A stretch of DNA of 64,000 bases from Eledone cirrhosa (taxonomy: Eukaryota), in assembly GCA_964016885.1 (NCBI GenBank), contig OZ024743.1, forward strand, positions 31,062,001 through 31,126,000, in the 5' to 3' direction. This document shows positions 39,841 through 54,009 of this stretch, piece after piece. The notes under the pieces are model-generated. The model was not told where the DNA came from. It was given only the letters and a program-made list of their open reading frames with translations, and did not search any database. Position numbers and translations under genes: made by a program. Every line of letters starts with the position of its first letter. The stretch's first letter is position 1.

Positions 39841-41492
39841 CTACATTTTAAATTTATATTTATATGTAAACGTTGAGTTCAATCTATGTCTGCAGCAACT
39901 GAATAAATTGTTCTTTAAATTAGGGTGAATTTTTAGACTTTAATATAAAGGATATTTCTTCAATACAAAGATCACAATTTTCTGAAGAGGAATTAAAAGG
40001 AGTAGCTTTTTGAAATAATATTCCAAGTCATCGAATATTTAACATTATCTCGTTTTAGGTCCCATAGTAGGCTAGATAGCGAAGTTGAAGGTTTTTTTGT
40101 TTGGATCTGTGAAAGAATTTTTATGATTATTGAAGCGAAATTTAAATTCTGTAGATGTAGAACCAACATAGTTAAATGAATTTAAATTAGTTTTAACATT
40201 ACAATTGTACACTACATTTTTAGCTAAGCAGTTGTTATTTAACGGACAGTTAGATTTATTTCTACAGTTACAGTTATTCAATTGAATATTGCTTGGGTTA
40301 TTATTGGTATTTTCGTTAGGTTTTAAATTTCTATTATTAATTCTACTAATATTTTGTGCTAAACTTTTGGTGGACGAGTAAGTTAATTTTATAGTGTGTC
40401 TATTAAAAATTGAGTAATATTTATGTGTTCTAGGGAAGCGTTTGTCAAGAGCTTTAAAGAATAGTTTAGCAATAGGGGTTTTAATATTTAGTGAGAAAGG
40501 GGGAGCAAACCATAATATATTTCTAGTTCTATTTCTTTTTCGGCTTTTGGAATTATTGTAATGTTTTCTATTATAGTTGTTAAAGTTGTTACCATAATCA
40601 AAATTTTGGTTAGTTTGCTTATTATTATTATTATCAATGTATTTAATTTTATTTCTATATCCAGCTCTACCTAACGCTTCGTTGTAGTACTGCGCTTTTT
40701 CATCAAATATAATTTTATTACATGAAATTCTTGAAATTATTTCTTGAACAGAGGTCACTATAGTATTTTAAACAGATTAGAGTTAAAATTAACATAATTC
40801 AAGTTCTCATTTAGTTTATGAAATGGATAATGAAGACATGTGTTGAGATTTAGTATTACGTCAAGAAAATTGACTATTTTATGGTTATTCTCTATTTCTA
40901 CTTTTAGGTTAAGTTAATTAAAAAATTGTAGAATTTGTTTTCTTTTTCTATTTAGTTCACAGCTATTATTTTGTATAAGTAAAAGCATGTCATCACGATA
41001 TAAGCCTCCGGTTACACCTGGTATTTTTCTATGTAGCGAATTAATTATAAATAGGCCCACAAGGTCCGTTACCTGAGCTGAGTCTGATGATCCCATAGTT
41101 ATGTCGAAATTATTATTTCAATCTGCCCTAGTCCAGAGTTGGTTATTAAATTCTATCAATGTTTTCCTTGCCGATAATATAATGTGCATTTCATTGCTAG
41201 TTAGGCCTGTATGTTTAAATGCGTAATGTAGTGCCTTATTCAGTAGATTAGGAGTGATAGATGAATAGTAGTTAGCAATATCCAGCTGAATAAACTTATT
41301 ATCATAGTTATATTTAATTTCTTTAAACCAATCGATAACCTCACTAGTCCCTTTCCATAATTTTAAGTAAGATAAATTAGGTAAGTTTTTAATTTTTTGT
41401 ATTACCCTGTCTAGAATATGTTGGCTAAGTTTGCCCAGGTCAGATTTAGATGGTGCAATTCATCTGACTGGTATATCATTTTCAAAGTTTCT
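39841..41492 (-). pseudogene. PLE RT-EN pseudogene
   Basis: MGSSDSAQVTDLVG, LYRDD, CNCRNKSNCPL, VVY..YVGSTS; several frameshifts. Confidence 0.92.
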
Positions 41493-41617
41493 TTTGTCCT
41501 TAACACTATGACTTATTAAAATAATATCAAAATCTCACTATCCGGATGGCTTCCAAAAATAATGGTTGCATTTTAAAAGAGTACGTTTAAGCTTATTTGT
41601 AAAACTGTTATATATTT

Positions 41618-41682
41618 TATTTTGTCTGATGAAGGCATACCATAATTGAATTTGGTATCCCTGAAATATGTATATTGAAATA
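41618..41682 (+). ncRNA. Type I hammerhead ribozyme in inverted pLTR
   Basis: TATTTTGT CTGATGA AGGCATACCA..TGGTATCCCT GAAA TATGTA TA TTGAAATA. Confidence 0.75.
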
Positions 41683-41810
41683 AATATGGTTTTATAGATA
41701 TAGTTTCCATTTATTAATATCGTATATCTACTTCAAATACTTGTCGAGTGCTTTATATCAGTTATAAAAATATTTACTTGTTGTATCCCAACAATTTTCA
41801 ATAGAACTTT

Positions 41811-41886
<76 letters not shown>

Positions 41887-41888
<2 letters not shown>

Positions 41889-41999
41889 AACCAGTAAGAC
41901 CCCGACGGCTGAGCTCAAGCCGTTTCGGCGGCTTATTCTGGAGTCCAGAATTAACCGTCGAAACGGCTTGGGCTCAGCCGTCGGGGTCTTACTGGTTCC
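41887..41999. repeat. 113-bp near-perfect GC-rich palindrome inside (TA)n
   Basis: GGAACCAGTAAGACCCCGACGGCTGAGC...GGCTCAGCCGTCGGGGTCTTACTGGTTCC; contains GAAAC-GGCT..AGCC-GTC. Confidence 0.9.
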
Positions 42000-42077
42000 C
42001 ATCACCCACTCTACTACCCTAAGTATTGAGTACTTTGGTGCGTTATGGTTCACCTGGTTCTTACCACATTTCCTTCG

Positions 42078-42131
<54 letters not shown>

Positions 42132-42250
42132 ACATACATATATATATGTGTGTATGTATATATATTTATGTATATATATATAGATAGATAGATAGATATG
42201 TGTGTATATATATATATGTGTGTATATATATATATGTGTGTGTGTGTGTG

Positions 42251-42325
<75 letters not shown>

Positions 42326-42610
42326 GTCTGTATGTATTTAAGTGTGCGTGTGCGTGAATGTGTGTGTGTGTGCGTGTATACCATTGGGTAAATCCCACGT
42401 AATTAAAGTAAAAGAGTAGTATCTGCATTCAATCGTTTGATAAATAGGGATCAATAACATAAATACCGGATCGGATTTTGTCCTCTATATAATTTACAAA
42501 ACATGTCGTATGGATTATCAAATTTGAAACAACAATCAAATGATACTTTTAAAATCCGGCTTTATACAATTGATATTAATCTTTTGGCTTGTTGATATAT
42601 GTTATATAAT

Positions 42611-42995
42611 CTTCTTCTTCTTCTTCTTCTTCTTCTTCTTCTTCTTCTTCTTCTTCTTCTTCTTCTTCTTTTTCTTCTTTTTCTTCTTCTTCTTCTTCTT
42701 CTTCTTCTTCTTCTTCTTCTTCTTCTTCTTCTTCTTCTTCTTCTTCTTCTTCTTCTCCCACACATTCCTTGGAGAGTCGTAGGGGCAGAGTCCTCATACT
42801 TTCATTCCAGCGGGCCATGTCAGAGGCTACCGCCTCCAATTGATCCGGCTGCATACCAAAGCGATACCGGCTAAATTCATGTACATTATCTGGATATCCC
42901 TCCCGTTGATTTTGCCCGTAAAATCTGTCCAGGGATTATTTCTTGTGACATTCAAACAACAAGCCCATATTATCGGAGCTGTGATCTCTCAATTC
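42611..42995 (-). mobile_element. LINE (RTE-like) 3' end with long (GAA)n tail
   Basis: QLEAVASDMARW resembles the RTE C-terminal A.DR..W motif and directly precedes the (GAA)n tract at 42611-42753. Confidence 0.5.
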
Positions 42996-43008
42996 GGATG
43001 CCATGTCT

Positions 43009-43155
43009 AACTTAATAGCACCACCTGGCAAAGTCTTACAAAACAGGGTTTGGGTACCCACTCGAGCAGAGTGTTATTGTTTACGCAGGGTTATACGGGT
43101 ATGGGAGCTTACCCGGGATTTCTTGAAAGAATTTGTCCAAAGACTTGATGGGGTC

Positions 43156-43160
<5 letters not shown>
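43009..43160 (-). mobile_element. CR1/L2-like LINE 3' end
   Basis: Homologous to 54010-54222 (DKFFQEIP..., NNSARV..). Confidence 0.6.
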
Positions 43161-43244
<84 letters not shown>

Positions 43245-43308
43245 CATATATAGATATAAGAGACGTACAAGAAGAAAATTATAAAATTAACTTACTTGCT
43301 AAAATATC

Positions 43309-43391
43309 ACTTCCAACTAATTAGTTTCTGGAATGGAGTAAATATATTTTACGTAGAATAATACAGAGAAGCATTCAGTCGTCAGGAAAGT
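43309..43391 (-). ncRNA. Type I hammerhead motif, unit 1
   Basis: ACTTTC CTGACGA CTGAATG...CATTCCA GAAA CTAATTAG TT GGAAGT; 50-nt stem II. Confidence 0.75.
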
Positions 43392-43831
43392 CTATTCTCA
43401 TGTAAGTTTCCAGGCATAGCGAAGACTTTGGAAACTTATTAAAAAATAATTCAGTGGATAGGAAATAGCGAAGCGTGGACTGAAATCCAAGCCATTGAGA
43501 AAATCACTGCCTCTACGTCTGTCGCAAATTCAAAAAGAATCGAACACGTGACATCGAGGTCAATCAGTGGAAAGTAGTTTGCTAATAAGACAGCGGCCTG
43601 CCTATAACCGTAGCAGCAGTCATGGCCAATATTGCTCGACAAATAATTTGGAGATGATAATAAAGAATTCATATCTAGTAACATATATATACATACAGAT
43701 GCATATCAATGTTAGCAAACATATAGGTTTTGTCTTAATAACAGTGTGGTTCAATGCATGGGGTTGCAGAACAATAATATAAGAGACGTAAAATAAGAAA
43801 ATTATAAAATTAACTTACTTACTAAAATATC

Positions 43832-43914
43832 ACTTCCAACTAATTAGTTTCTGGAATGGAGTAAATATATTTTCAGAAGAATAATATAGAGAAGCATTCC
43901 GTCGTCAGGAAAGT
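43832..43914 (-). ncRNA. Type I hammerhead motif, unit 2
   Basis: ACTTTC CTGACGA C GGAATG...CATTCC A GAAA CTAATTAG TT GGAAGT. Confidence 0.8.
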
Positions 43915-44518
43915 CTATTCACATGTAAGTTTCCAGTCAAAGCGAGGACACTGGAAACTTATTAAAAAATAATTCAGTGGATAGGAAATAGCGAAGCGTG
44001 GACTGAAATCCAAGCCATCGAGAAAATCACTGCCTCTACGTCTGTGGCAAATTCAAAAAGAATCGAACACGTGACATCGAGGTCAATCAGTGGAAAGTGG
44101 TTTGCTAATAAGGCAGCGGCCTGCCTACAACCGTAGCAGCAGTCATGGCCAATATTGCTCGACAAATAATTTGGAGATAATAATAAAGAATTCATATCTA
44201 GTAACATATATATACATACGGATGCATATCAATGTTAGCAAATATATAGGTTTTGTCTTAATAACAGTGTGGTTCAATGCATGGGCTTGCAGAACAATAA
44301 TATAAGAGATGTAAAATAAGAAAATTATAAAATAAACTTACTTACTAAAATATCACTTCCAACTAATTAGTTTCTGGAATGGAGTAAATATATTTTCCGA
44401 AGAATAATATAGAGAAGCATGCTTCTCTATTTCTAGCTTAAGAAATTCTGTTATGCAGCATTTCATATATGTTGTCCTTCGACATATCTCAGATGGGAAT
44501 TGTAGATAGAAATAAATC

Positions 44519-44583
44519 CAATTGTGACTGGTTTCGATGCAGATAGGAAACCAAACACGAAGGGAATTTCTTTCATCAGATAA
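44519..44583 (-). ncRNA. Degenerate hammerhead-like motif of another family
   Basis: TTAT CTGATGA ...GAAA CCAG TC ACAA; stem II weak. Confidence 0.4.
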
Positions 44584-44879
44584 GGCAGTGATAAAGATAT
44601 GGTTCACCTGAAAAGAAATGTTCTTTGAAACTAATAGTATTATGAAGTAGTCATAGCAGGCTTATTCAAATATACATTGTCAGCACCCCAGCCTCACACA
44701 TATATATATATGTCTACTCAAAATATAAAAAAAAAGATTATCTACCTTTAAAACACTTTTTAACACTTAAAAAACAATCTGATTAGCAATTAACTAAAAT
44801 AGCTGACTGAACACTCAGCTGTTTTTTCTTCAATTTCTTTCTCTTTTTTTTCCGTTCCTTCCTGTTCTCACTCTCTAAC

Positions 44880-45000
44880 ATTTGATCTCTTCTGTTTTAA
44901 TTTTTGTTATCTCATTCTATCTCCTGATGAAGAACTAGTGTCCGAATGTTCAAATCGTTTTACTATATCAAGCGTTAAGCTAATATATGTATTCATATGT
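44880..45000 (+). repeat. Solo pLTR-like fragment related to 8081-8300
   Basis: CTCATTCT..CTGATGAAG.ACTA...CCGAA..CTATATCAAGCGT. Confidence 0.45.
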
Positions 45001-47252
45001 ATGTATGTATAAAGTATATATCTTCAAGTCTTATAATATTTTACTACGCACTTATATTTCCAATGCGAGAAACATTTCCCACGAGTACATAAACTCATGT
45101 CTTTGTCTATGAAAAACAGCACCATCTAATATTTTGATATAGTTTTGTAATTCTTGTACATATATTCATCTTGCTTGTATATCTAATTTCCTTTAACTAA
45201 GCACATATGTATTTCTCATTAGTTAAAATATGTGATACAGAAACGACGTGGTATATGCCAACATATTAGCGCATTCGTTTTAAAAGATTGCTTCGACGAA
45301 GAAAGTAGAATGATCCCATCATTTTTATAAAATAAAAACAGCTTTATTGAAGCAAAAGAGATAAACTATTTTTCTTATATTTAGTATTCTTTCTTCTTTC
45401 ATTCTCTTGAATATTACGCTTTTAGGACGTTCTCTGACTGAATAGTTTGCCAAATAAGTGTGCATGATCATTGATTGCGGCTGTAATGTTATACCTATAT
45501 GCATACAAATAACGTAATTTTGATATGGAATTACATTATTAGACGGTCGCATACAAGACATAGTCATGGGCGTCCCTCCTAAAAGCAATACAGATTAGTT
45601 CAGATTGTTCTACCTAGCAAATAACATATCACTATTTGTAATTATCATTTTCCTGTATAAATTACAGCAATACAAATAATGTAGAATTCATGAAAATAGT
45701 CCAACCTATTAAATCTAATAACTGTTTTGCAATGGAATGTTCATGAAATATTTCTGGATGGAAAATCAGAGGTTTCTCGTTTGTATTTCAGTGAAAGTTA
45801 ATTTCGACAACATCCACTTCGAATTTAACTGAAACTCTACAGATTATTCTACATGATTACTATTCCTAGATTAGAAAATATTAAATGAAAACCACATTTG
45901 TCGTATTTCAGTTAATAGGTTGGATATTATAGAAGCCCCTGAGATGCTATGACGGAACAGAATATGCTGGCGTCTCTATATAAAATATCTGCAATGATGT
46001 CACAACACGTGAAGAGAGAGGAGTAGTTTGACTGCCTCATATTACTCCTCTCTCCCTTTACGTCTGCTATCTGCGTGAATGTTTGTGTGTGTAAAAAGAA
46101 GAAAGTGGATGGTGTAAAAAGTATACGTGTATGTGCGTGTTTTTGTCAATGTATGTGTGTGAGTGTGAATGTATGTCTTAGAGTGTCAATTTTTGTAAGC
46201 GTGTCTGTGTTTTGTAAGCGTGTCTTTGTTTTCACGTTAATATTTAAATACTCATCCACCTAAATGTATGCATATGTACATACACGCACACAATTATATA
46301 CACATACGCGTGAAAGTGCGGAAAAAAATTCTAGTAATAAATCTTTCTCATATGTCATTTAGTCATCCTTTTAATTTGAACCATATTTATTAGTCATCTA
46401 TTCAAATTTAAACTTAGTGAAAACAAATCTTTGCTATGAAGAATATTTAACCTCTTTGAATAATATTGTATCCTTACAAAACTGAAACTTAAACAATATA
46501 TACACAGAAGGTAATAATATGTCAAGTATTACAGTAAAAATAATTGTGTTCATACGCAAAGGCAATGAAACACTTCCATAATACCTTGTGCAATTTGGTT
46601 AGGTTCCAGAATTACGGCTTGTGATGATTTTATATTCTATTGCTTCTACTTGATGGAATCATACCGTGAAATAAATATTGGTTCCAGTTTGAGAAATGTT
46701 AACAAAGATATTTATTTACAATATATATACGTTTGAATAAAACTTATTAAACTCTTCTACAATCCCATTTGCCCCCGCTGAACGTTCCCAGTTACAGCGT
46801 TTTCCAAGCAATACACTAATTTATAGTATTGGTATGCTTTACAAGTTATGAGCTGATAAATGTCTAAATTACAATTGGCTGTATAACGATTTAAACTTCT
46901 GTGTAGGAAAGATATGGGAAAAGGTTGACTATTGTCCAGGAAGGAATAACGAGAAGAATAGACAAGAGTGCATATATAGAATTTGTGTGTAAGCAGTCTC
47001 TCGTTGTTGTCACACATGACATATTGTTTAGGTGGTTAAATGTTAGTCAGTCAAGCGTAAGTTATCAGTTCAACAGAGCTGTATAAATCCATGGTAATAT
47101 TCCGTAACTAAACATAAAAATATATTCCACCTTGTTAAAAGACAATTAACAGAAAGCATCATCTTCCGAAGTACTACTCAAACGACCATGACTAATATAA
47201 TTATTTGGTTCTGTTCATTAGTGTGCAAGTAGTTTGTATGTGTTGGTGCGTA

Positions 47253-47367
<115 letters not shown>

Positions 47368-48247
47368 CTGTGTGTGTGTGTGTGTTCCTGTTAAATATAT
47401 ATGTTCATGTTTGGATATATATATATAAGAATGTATATATGTTTATGTGTGTCTGTGTGTGATGAAGTGACACTCGAGTAGTTACACACACACCAGCGTA
47501 TGTCTGTATGCTTTATGTTTAAGTGTATGCGGCCATGTGTGTACACGATCATATGGACTTCTTGAAATAATAACCAAATTTTCCTTAATCTAACATTGAA
47601 TAATGTATTCGTCGATCAGTTTTAAACGACGCCACGTTGGTGAAAGCTGTCCCTGCTTTGATCATGTCATCTCAATCAGGGTAGTTGTCGATTTAAAAAA
47701 AAGCCATTTTCGCAATGCATTAAGTGGAAGCAGATTGTTTTGGGATTACCTTACTTATTAGATCTTTCTTAGCCTCTGGGCAAGATTCTGTATCTGTTCC
47801 ATATCAATTGCAATCGTTAAAGACTTTCCTTTGACTGAAATATTAGAAAGTGTTTTACACGCAAATTTAATTTCTAAAATAATGTATAGCGAAAATCCAT
47901 GAAATTTATATGCAAATCTTGTCTTCTGCTATTGCAACAAAACACATTATTGATTATTGCTTAACTGGCATAGCATGTAGACACGAAAAACTATCGTAGG
48001 TAGATAAAACTAAATTAATACTACATCCATTAACTCGTATGCTAATTTTTCGAATAATAAAGTCCAATTTGATGATTATATGGTTATTTCGTCTAACAAT
48101 TGACAAGAAAACGAACGAATTTGCTTTATTAAAATGCTCACCATACACATAAAACAAGAGGTTCAACTTGAATTACTGCAAAATATGCTAATTAGGTTCT
48201 TTTGAATGTGCATAATTCAACTTAATTGATTTGACTATTTAGGCACC

Positions 48248-48426
48248 TTGGCAGTATCGGTAGAGTGTCGGACGCCATCCTTTGCAGCAAAGAATTACGG
48301 CTATTTATGGTCTGAGTTCAAATCCCGCCGAGGTTAACTTTGCCTTTCATCCTTACGGGGTCGATGAAATAAAGTACCAGTAATACACTGGGATAATTGC
48401 TGTCATTGTGCCAAAAGTAGAAAACA
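48248..48426 (+). mobile_element. SINE family A
   Basis: A/B boxes and core match the family. Confidence 0.82.
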
Positions 48427-49946
48427 TCGAGCAAGTTTAAATGTTCGTAATTTATTTGATTTTCTCATCCAAAGAAGTGACACAATGCATATAATAAGTA
48501 TAAACAGTGGATGACTTTAGGAATGTAATCTTGTAGATATGAAGAATGTTGGACAGAGCCTGTAGCCCGAATAACCCCACACAGCTGCCATATTCGGGAC
48601 GACTGAAACAATCATGTTGCATGCACACATCATGTTGCAGAGACACATACACACGCATACACACACTCAGGCAACCCCCCTCCCCTCACACACACTCACA
48701 CTCAATATTAAAGCACATTAATCGCCATTTCTAGCTAGCATTTCTCTTTGAAATCTGTGCACATTTTGGAGGAATTTTGCGTGATGAAAAATGTTATTAA
48801 TTGAGCGTATTTACATTTCATTCTGAACAATAAATGCATTTCACATCGAAACTATTAATATATTTTACAACTGCTTACCCGCTTGCTATACACCTTCGTT
48901 TGTTTAATTTTACTTCTGCTAATTCTCGATCCTCGTATCCATTCTCTTTTTCTAATCGTCGCCTGAAAATATTTCTGCTAATTAGTATAACAATTGTAAT
49001 ATTACCGATCACATAATAGATTTTGACTTAAATCTAGGAGGAATGCATTGGAAAATATAATTTGAAATGATGAATCTGGTAATGCTATATGTGATTAGTT
49101 TTAAAAGGAAATCTATGCACATCCTTTCAATGTTTAAATATGAATGAGAGATATTCACACACATTAAATGCTAATGTAAATAGAGGCGTGTTTCTTTCTC
49201 TTTGGTGCGTGTTAAAGAAATGAAACATTAGTTTCTGTTACGTGAAAGCTCCTTTACTTTGTGAACAATTGCCAACTATAGGAATTTGCTACCACTTGAG
49301 TGTTTTTCGCTTAATAGTCCTTGGTAAAGTTTTGAAGGAGTTAATGTTTCCAGCATAATGTCACATATGTCCAAACAAAAGAAAAAAAAGTGTTTGCGAT
49401 ATAAATTGCTTCATTATCAGCAAATAACCTGACGTCGTTGAAACTAACTTTCGCAATTGATTCATCCGTAACGGCTTCTAGAGGAAGTCAAATAGTGACA
49501 GTCATTATATTCTCTAATAAATACGAAAAGAAGTATATTGTATGAAGAGGTCAAGGGCACAATCAACATGGTTTAATAACTCTATTTATAGAAAATGAAT
49601 AATACAGGAACCATGGTTACTTGTATTTTCGAAAAATATGGCATTTTATCTGAAGAAACGCAACACTCAATGATCATTTCACATCTTCCTAATGTTTCCC
49701 TGGTTAAAAGGAATTTATAATTAAAAGCTTCCCCTTCAACTGACATTCCGGAAAGTGTAGATTCATATATTTACTGGACCTAAAGAATTTCTTTACCTAA
49801 GGCCGTACATGGGGATATTCAGACATCATGCAAAGAAGAATATGTAATATAAAACATTGTATTAAACCAGATTCATGCCTAAGTTCTATGAAGAAAGCAA
49901 GTAATAGACTTAACTATGACTAATGATGTGGCTGTCTACGTATATA

Positions 49947-50099
<153 letters not shown>

Positions 50100-50221
50100 T
50101 TCGTTTCTGAATTTGTTTAGCAAGATTCTCTATTTGAAACCGTGTGTTGAAACCAATATTGTTATAGTGAAAACTGCAGGTACGTGTGATTCTTATGTGC
50201 AACATGACCCTCCCAAAGTAT

Positions 50222-50269
<48 letters not shown>

Positions 50270-50273
<4 letters not shown>

Positions 50274-50592
50274 ATGAAATAGAAAATGCAACTGGAGTCT
50301 TATTTAAAAAAAATATATATATTTATTTGGTTCCTTTACCGGTTTGGCAATTCTTCTGCTTTTCAAAAGTAGAGAAAAACGTGATGTGAGAAAAACCATA
50401 GACCCTCCATCTCAACTCTGCTTTTGAAAAGCAGAAGAACTGCGAAACCGGTAAAGGAACCAAATAAATATATATATTTAAAAAAAAAAAGACTCCAGTT
50501 GCATTTTCGATTTCATCTTTTTTTCTTTATGCTTTCACTAGTGTAGGACACCGGTTATTTTTCATTTTGTAAAAAAACCTCATTTTCTAATA
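50270..50592. mobile_element. Fold-back mini-element, same family as 32835-33200, opposite orientation, different inversion point
   Basis: Variant HHR at 50420-50457 (plus) and 50333-50370 (minus); in (TA)n. Confidence 0.8.
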
Positions 50593-50629
50593 TATATATA
50601 TAAAATATTTTTTTCTACGTAAAAACACA

Positions 50630-50668
<39 letters not shown>

Positions 50669-52399
50669 GTGTATGTTATATTTGTGTCTGCTGTGCCTGT
50701 TGAGTGTGTGTATATAAGTAATGCATGTTGACGTGTGCAGAATATGCGTACTTGTCAATATACCGGTGTACAGTGTAAAGTCCTTTAGAGATAATTACGC
50801 TTATCCCCACCCAGGTTTCTTGTTTAATTGATACTAAGGAATCTTAGTCTGCAAACAAACAAACAAACAAAAAAATACTAACGGAATCACCGTCATAAAA
50901 ATGATAAGACTATATAAACTATAATAAAGTTGAGTATTATATCTTAGGGCTCATTTAAATGGCCTCAGTAGCATCATTCATTATCATTTCAGATAATATG
51001 AAACGATGTTAATAAGTCAGAATTGAATTTTGCGATACACATTAAGCAAAAACAGAAATTCAATGTTTCTGTAACTCTAACCCTTAGTCTATCGCGTACA
51101 TTGAATACTGCCGTATGGCAGGAGCACTGATTTATGTATTTCACTTGATTCAATGACCTATGAAAGCATATATCACATTTTAAAACCTCTCCTTTTTATC
51201 CTGACATGTTTCTAGTATTTATCGGTCACGCGACGCCATGGTTTATGCAGATTTCGGCTGTTTATGAATCTTTAGATCTTTTACCGAATCCACAGTTGCC
51301 TCATTCGTATGCTACATCGTGTATTCGAGATCGTAGCTTCTCTTTTGTTGCCTTTTCACTCAGGCACGACGTTATTTGCGCGTTCTTTATGTATATGAGG
51401 ATTATCCGTTCACAAACTATTTAATATTTAACATAATATTGATTGATACTCATCCTCCTGTTTCATTGTAACATATATTTAATTATTGCGTACTGCACTG
51501 TCTCTATGTACAGTGACGTAGACGTTATGATGTGAAATTAACAGGATTGTAACATTTACACACTCGCTCTTTCTTATTAATGGCCTGTCGTTTAACCTCC
51601 AATTTTCCTAATGTGCTTTTGTATATATTCACTACAAAGTAATTCAGTAACAGTGGTGTGTTGCTCGGATTGTATATATTGTATATGAAATCCACCATTT
51701 TGTAATTGGTAATTTCACAGCTACATGTAATGGTGGTATTGCAAATAGTTTAATTTGTACGTTTTAATTTCTTTTAAGAATAAGTATAAACACAACTTGT
51801 TTAGTTTCATTGTACACATAAAATTGTAAGATAATAACTTTCAATGATTCATAGCTACCAGGATGATGCTCAGAAGACACGTAATTTATACCTTAGCTCA
51901 TGATGAGACCATTTACTCTTACGCTCAAACGAGATCCTAACTGCAATGGATCTCCAAATTGGCAAGTGATGCATTCATTTGTCTATGTAATATATATTAT
52001 TCAAGTATTTGTTTTAAGAGAAGACATAATATTCGCTTTTTTTAAGTAATTGTTACTTGTGTGTTTGTACAATATTTGTTGCTTTAAATGTGGATAATTT
52101 AATATCAGACATGCTATACCCACAATATATGAACTGCTGGCGTTTTGTACATTGATATAAAAAGAATAACTAACATTTATTTCGGTTGATATTTGAAACT
52201 TCTAATTTCTGTTATTCAATCAAATTCATATCAAAGAACATATTGACTTTAGGGTCCTTAAATTAATTATATAAAAAGAACCAGTTCACCTGACCCCGAT
52301 TTGAACCGATGGCTCAAACCTACACTGGGTATGAAATGGAATTTCTATTCATTCCTCACCGCCTTTTAAATTCACAAAAGGCTCTGATTAAATTATATT

Positions 52400-52495
52400 A
52401 TGACTTTGCCTTTCATCCTTACGGGGTCGATAAAATAAAGTACCAGTAATATACTGGTGAATTGCTGGCCTTGTGCCTAACGTAGAAACAATTAT
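52400..52495 (+). mobile_element. SINE family A, 5'-truncated
   Basis: GACTTTGCCTTTCATCC...GTAGAAACAATT. Confidence 0.8.
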
Positions 52496-52724
52496 TTTCT
52501 TCAACGAATTTCAAAATGACGTTATTAAGAAATTTCTGCTTTTAAATTAAGTTGAAGTATATTACTTTTATTTTCCTGTTACCTACAAGATGATATAGAC
52601 ACGTGGATCTGTCTTTCAGAAAAGGTTTCTTGTACATGTATCTCTTGAAGACATCCTCCGCCAAACATTATTGTGACGAGTTTTATATTATATATGTGTA
52701 TTTTATTAGAAGATAAATAATGAA

Positions 52725-52817
52725 TAATTGTTTCTACATTGTCACAAGGCCAGTATTTATTCCAGTGTATTACTGGTACATTACTTTAAAAGGCCAAGTT
52801 AACCTCGGCAGGATTTG
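52725..52817 (-). mobile_element. SINE family A, degenerate partial
   Basis: AATTGTTTCTAC..CACAAGGCCAG..GTTAACCTCGGC. Confidence 0.65.
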
Positions 52818-53656
52818 GTTAAGTATGCATTGATCCCGTTTTTTGTCACACAGAAACACTAAATCTATCTCGAGTGTTCGCTCTCATATTGCATAACTAA
52901 TATGTCCACTATGATTGTGCATATAAATAGGAGAATTTTTATTCCCGATATGTACTCATATAATTATATCCTCTACATCTTACATATACCAGGGGCATTG
53001 AGGTAAGATAGCACTTTATATGTCAATATGGTTTTCGAATTGTTGTAATAGCAGTCATGCAAATACAGGTATAACTACAGATTGGATTTGTATTGAGGTT
53101 TAAGGTTCCCGGGCGTACATACTCGAGGTATCATTTCTGAAACTCTGTTCGTGATACCTTCAAATTCACAATGTAAACACTATTCTTCAGATCTCAGTTA
53201 TTTCAGATACTTAAAATGATATATATCTTGAATATAAATACGTAACACATGAATCAAAATTTAGACATACATTCAGCAGTGTTATACCATATCTATTGAG
53301 AATTAACTCTTTGAATCATATACTTCACTGAATTATGTTTTCTGATAATGTCTTATTGCTTCTCCGAGTAAACATCAAACGTTAAATTCCTGCGCCAGAA
53401 CAACATTCAATTTATTCCGTAATTTATAGTTCTCTAGACTGGCATAAATACGTTCAGTTACTTTACATTTGGTGCCATAGGATGGAAAAATATGATTGGG
53501 TAATTGTTATGTGAATGGAAGCAATAAGCAAAAATACTTGCTATAGAAAATATATTGAATCTATGAAGAGTCGTAAAGCAATCAGTAGCGGTCAAGAAAT
53601 TAATACTACGTAGAGATGCAATTTATTAGATCTATATAGACTTGTTTCTCAAAATG

Positions 53657-53738
<82 letters not shown>

Positions 53739-53874
53739 GTGTGTGTGTGTGTGTATGTGTGTGTAAAACAATAATAGAAGGATGATTTGTTAAGACTGCA
53801 TTGCATTTATTGTTTGGTGACGCGCGTCTCGTTATTGTCAAGGTCAACGTTCGATCTGCGTCGATCTGGCCCCG

Positions 53875-53946
<72 letters not shown>

Positions 53947-54009
53947 GTGTGTGTATATAACTTTGATAACTTTGATAGGTTTCGGCCAGTATTGGCACAG
54001 GCCATGTCT

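Larger units (their letters stand above)
38082..41815 (-). mobile_element. 5'-truncated PLE, sibling of 1125-5055, with inverted pLTR at about 41492-41815
   Basis: Coding remnant collinear with 2733-4395; 38082-38310 is inverted at 41492-41725. Confidence 0.92.
43253..44420 (-). repeat. Tandem repeat, 523-bp unit, about 2.2 copies, one hammerhead per unit
   Basis: ACTTCCAACTAATTAGTTTC begins at 43309, 43832 and 44355 (523-bp spacing). Confidence 0.95.

Noticed and set aside
43451-44207. 77-aa ORF present in both 523-bp units
   Set aside because: Copies are recent duplicates, differ by four amino-acid changes, and show no recognisable domain
53810-53878. Minus-strand GAGA-CGCGCG-TC followed by AATAAA, like an HHR 3' half
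   Set aside because: No CUGANGA half and GAAA is mutated; at most a pLTR scrap
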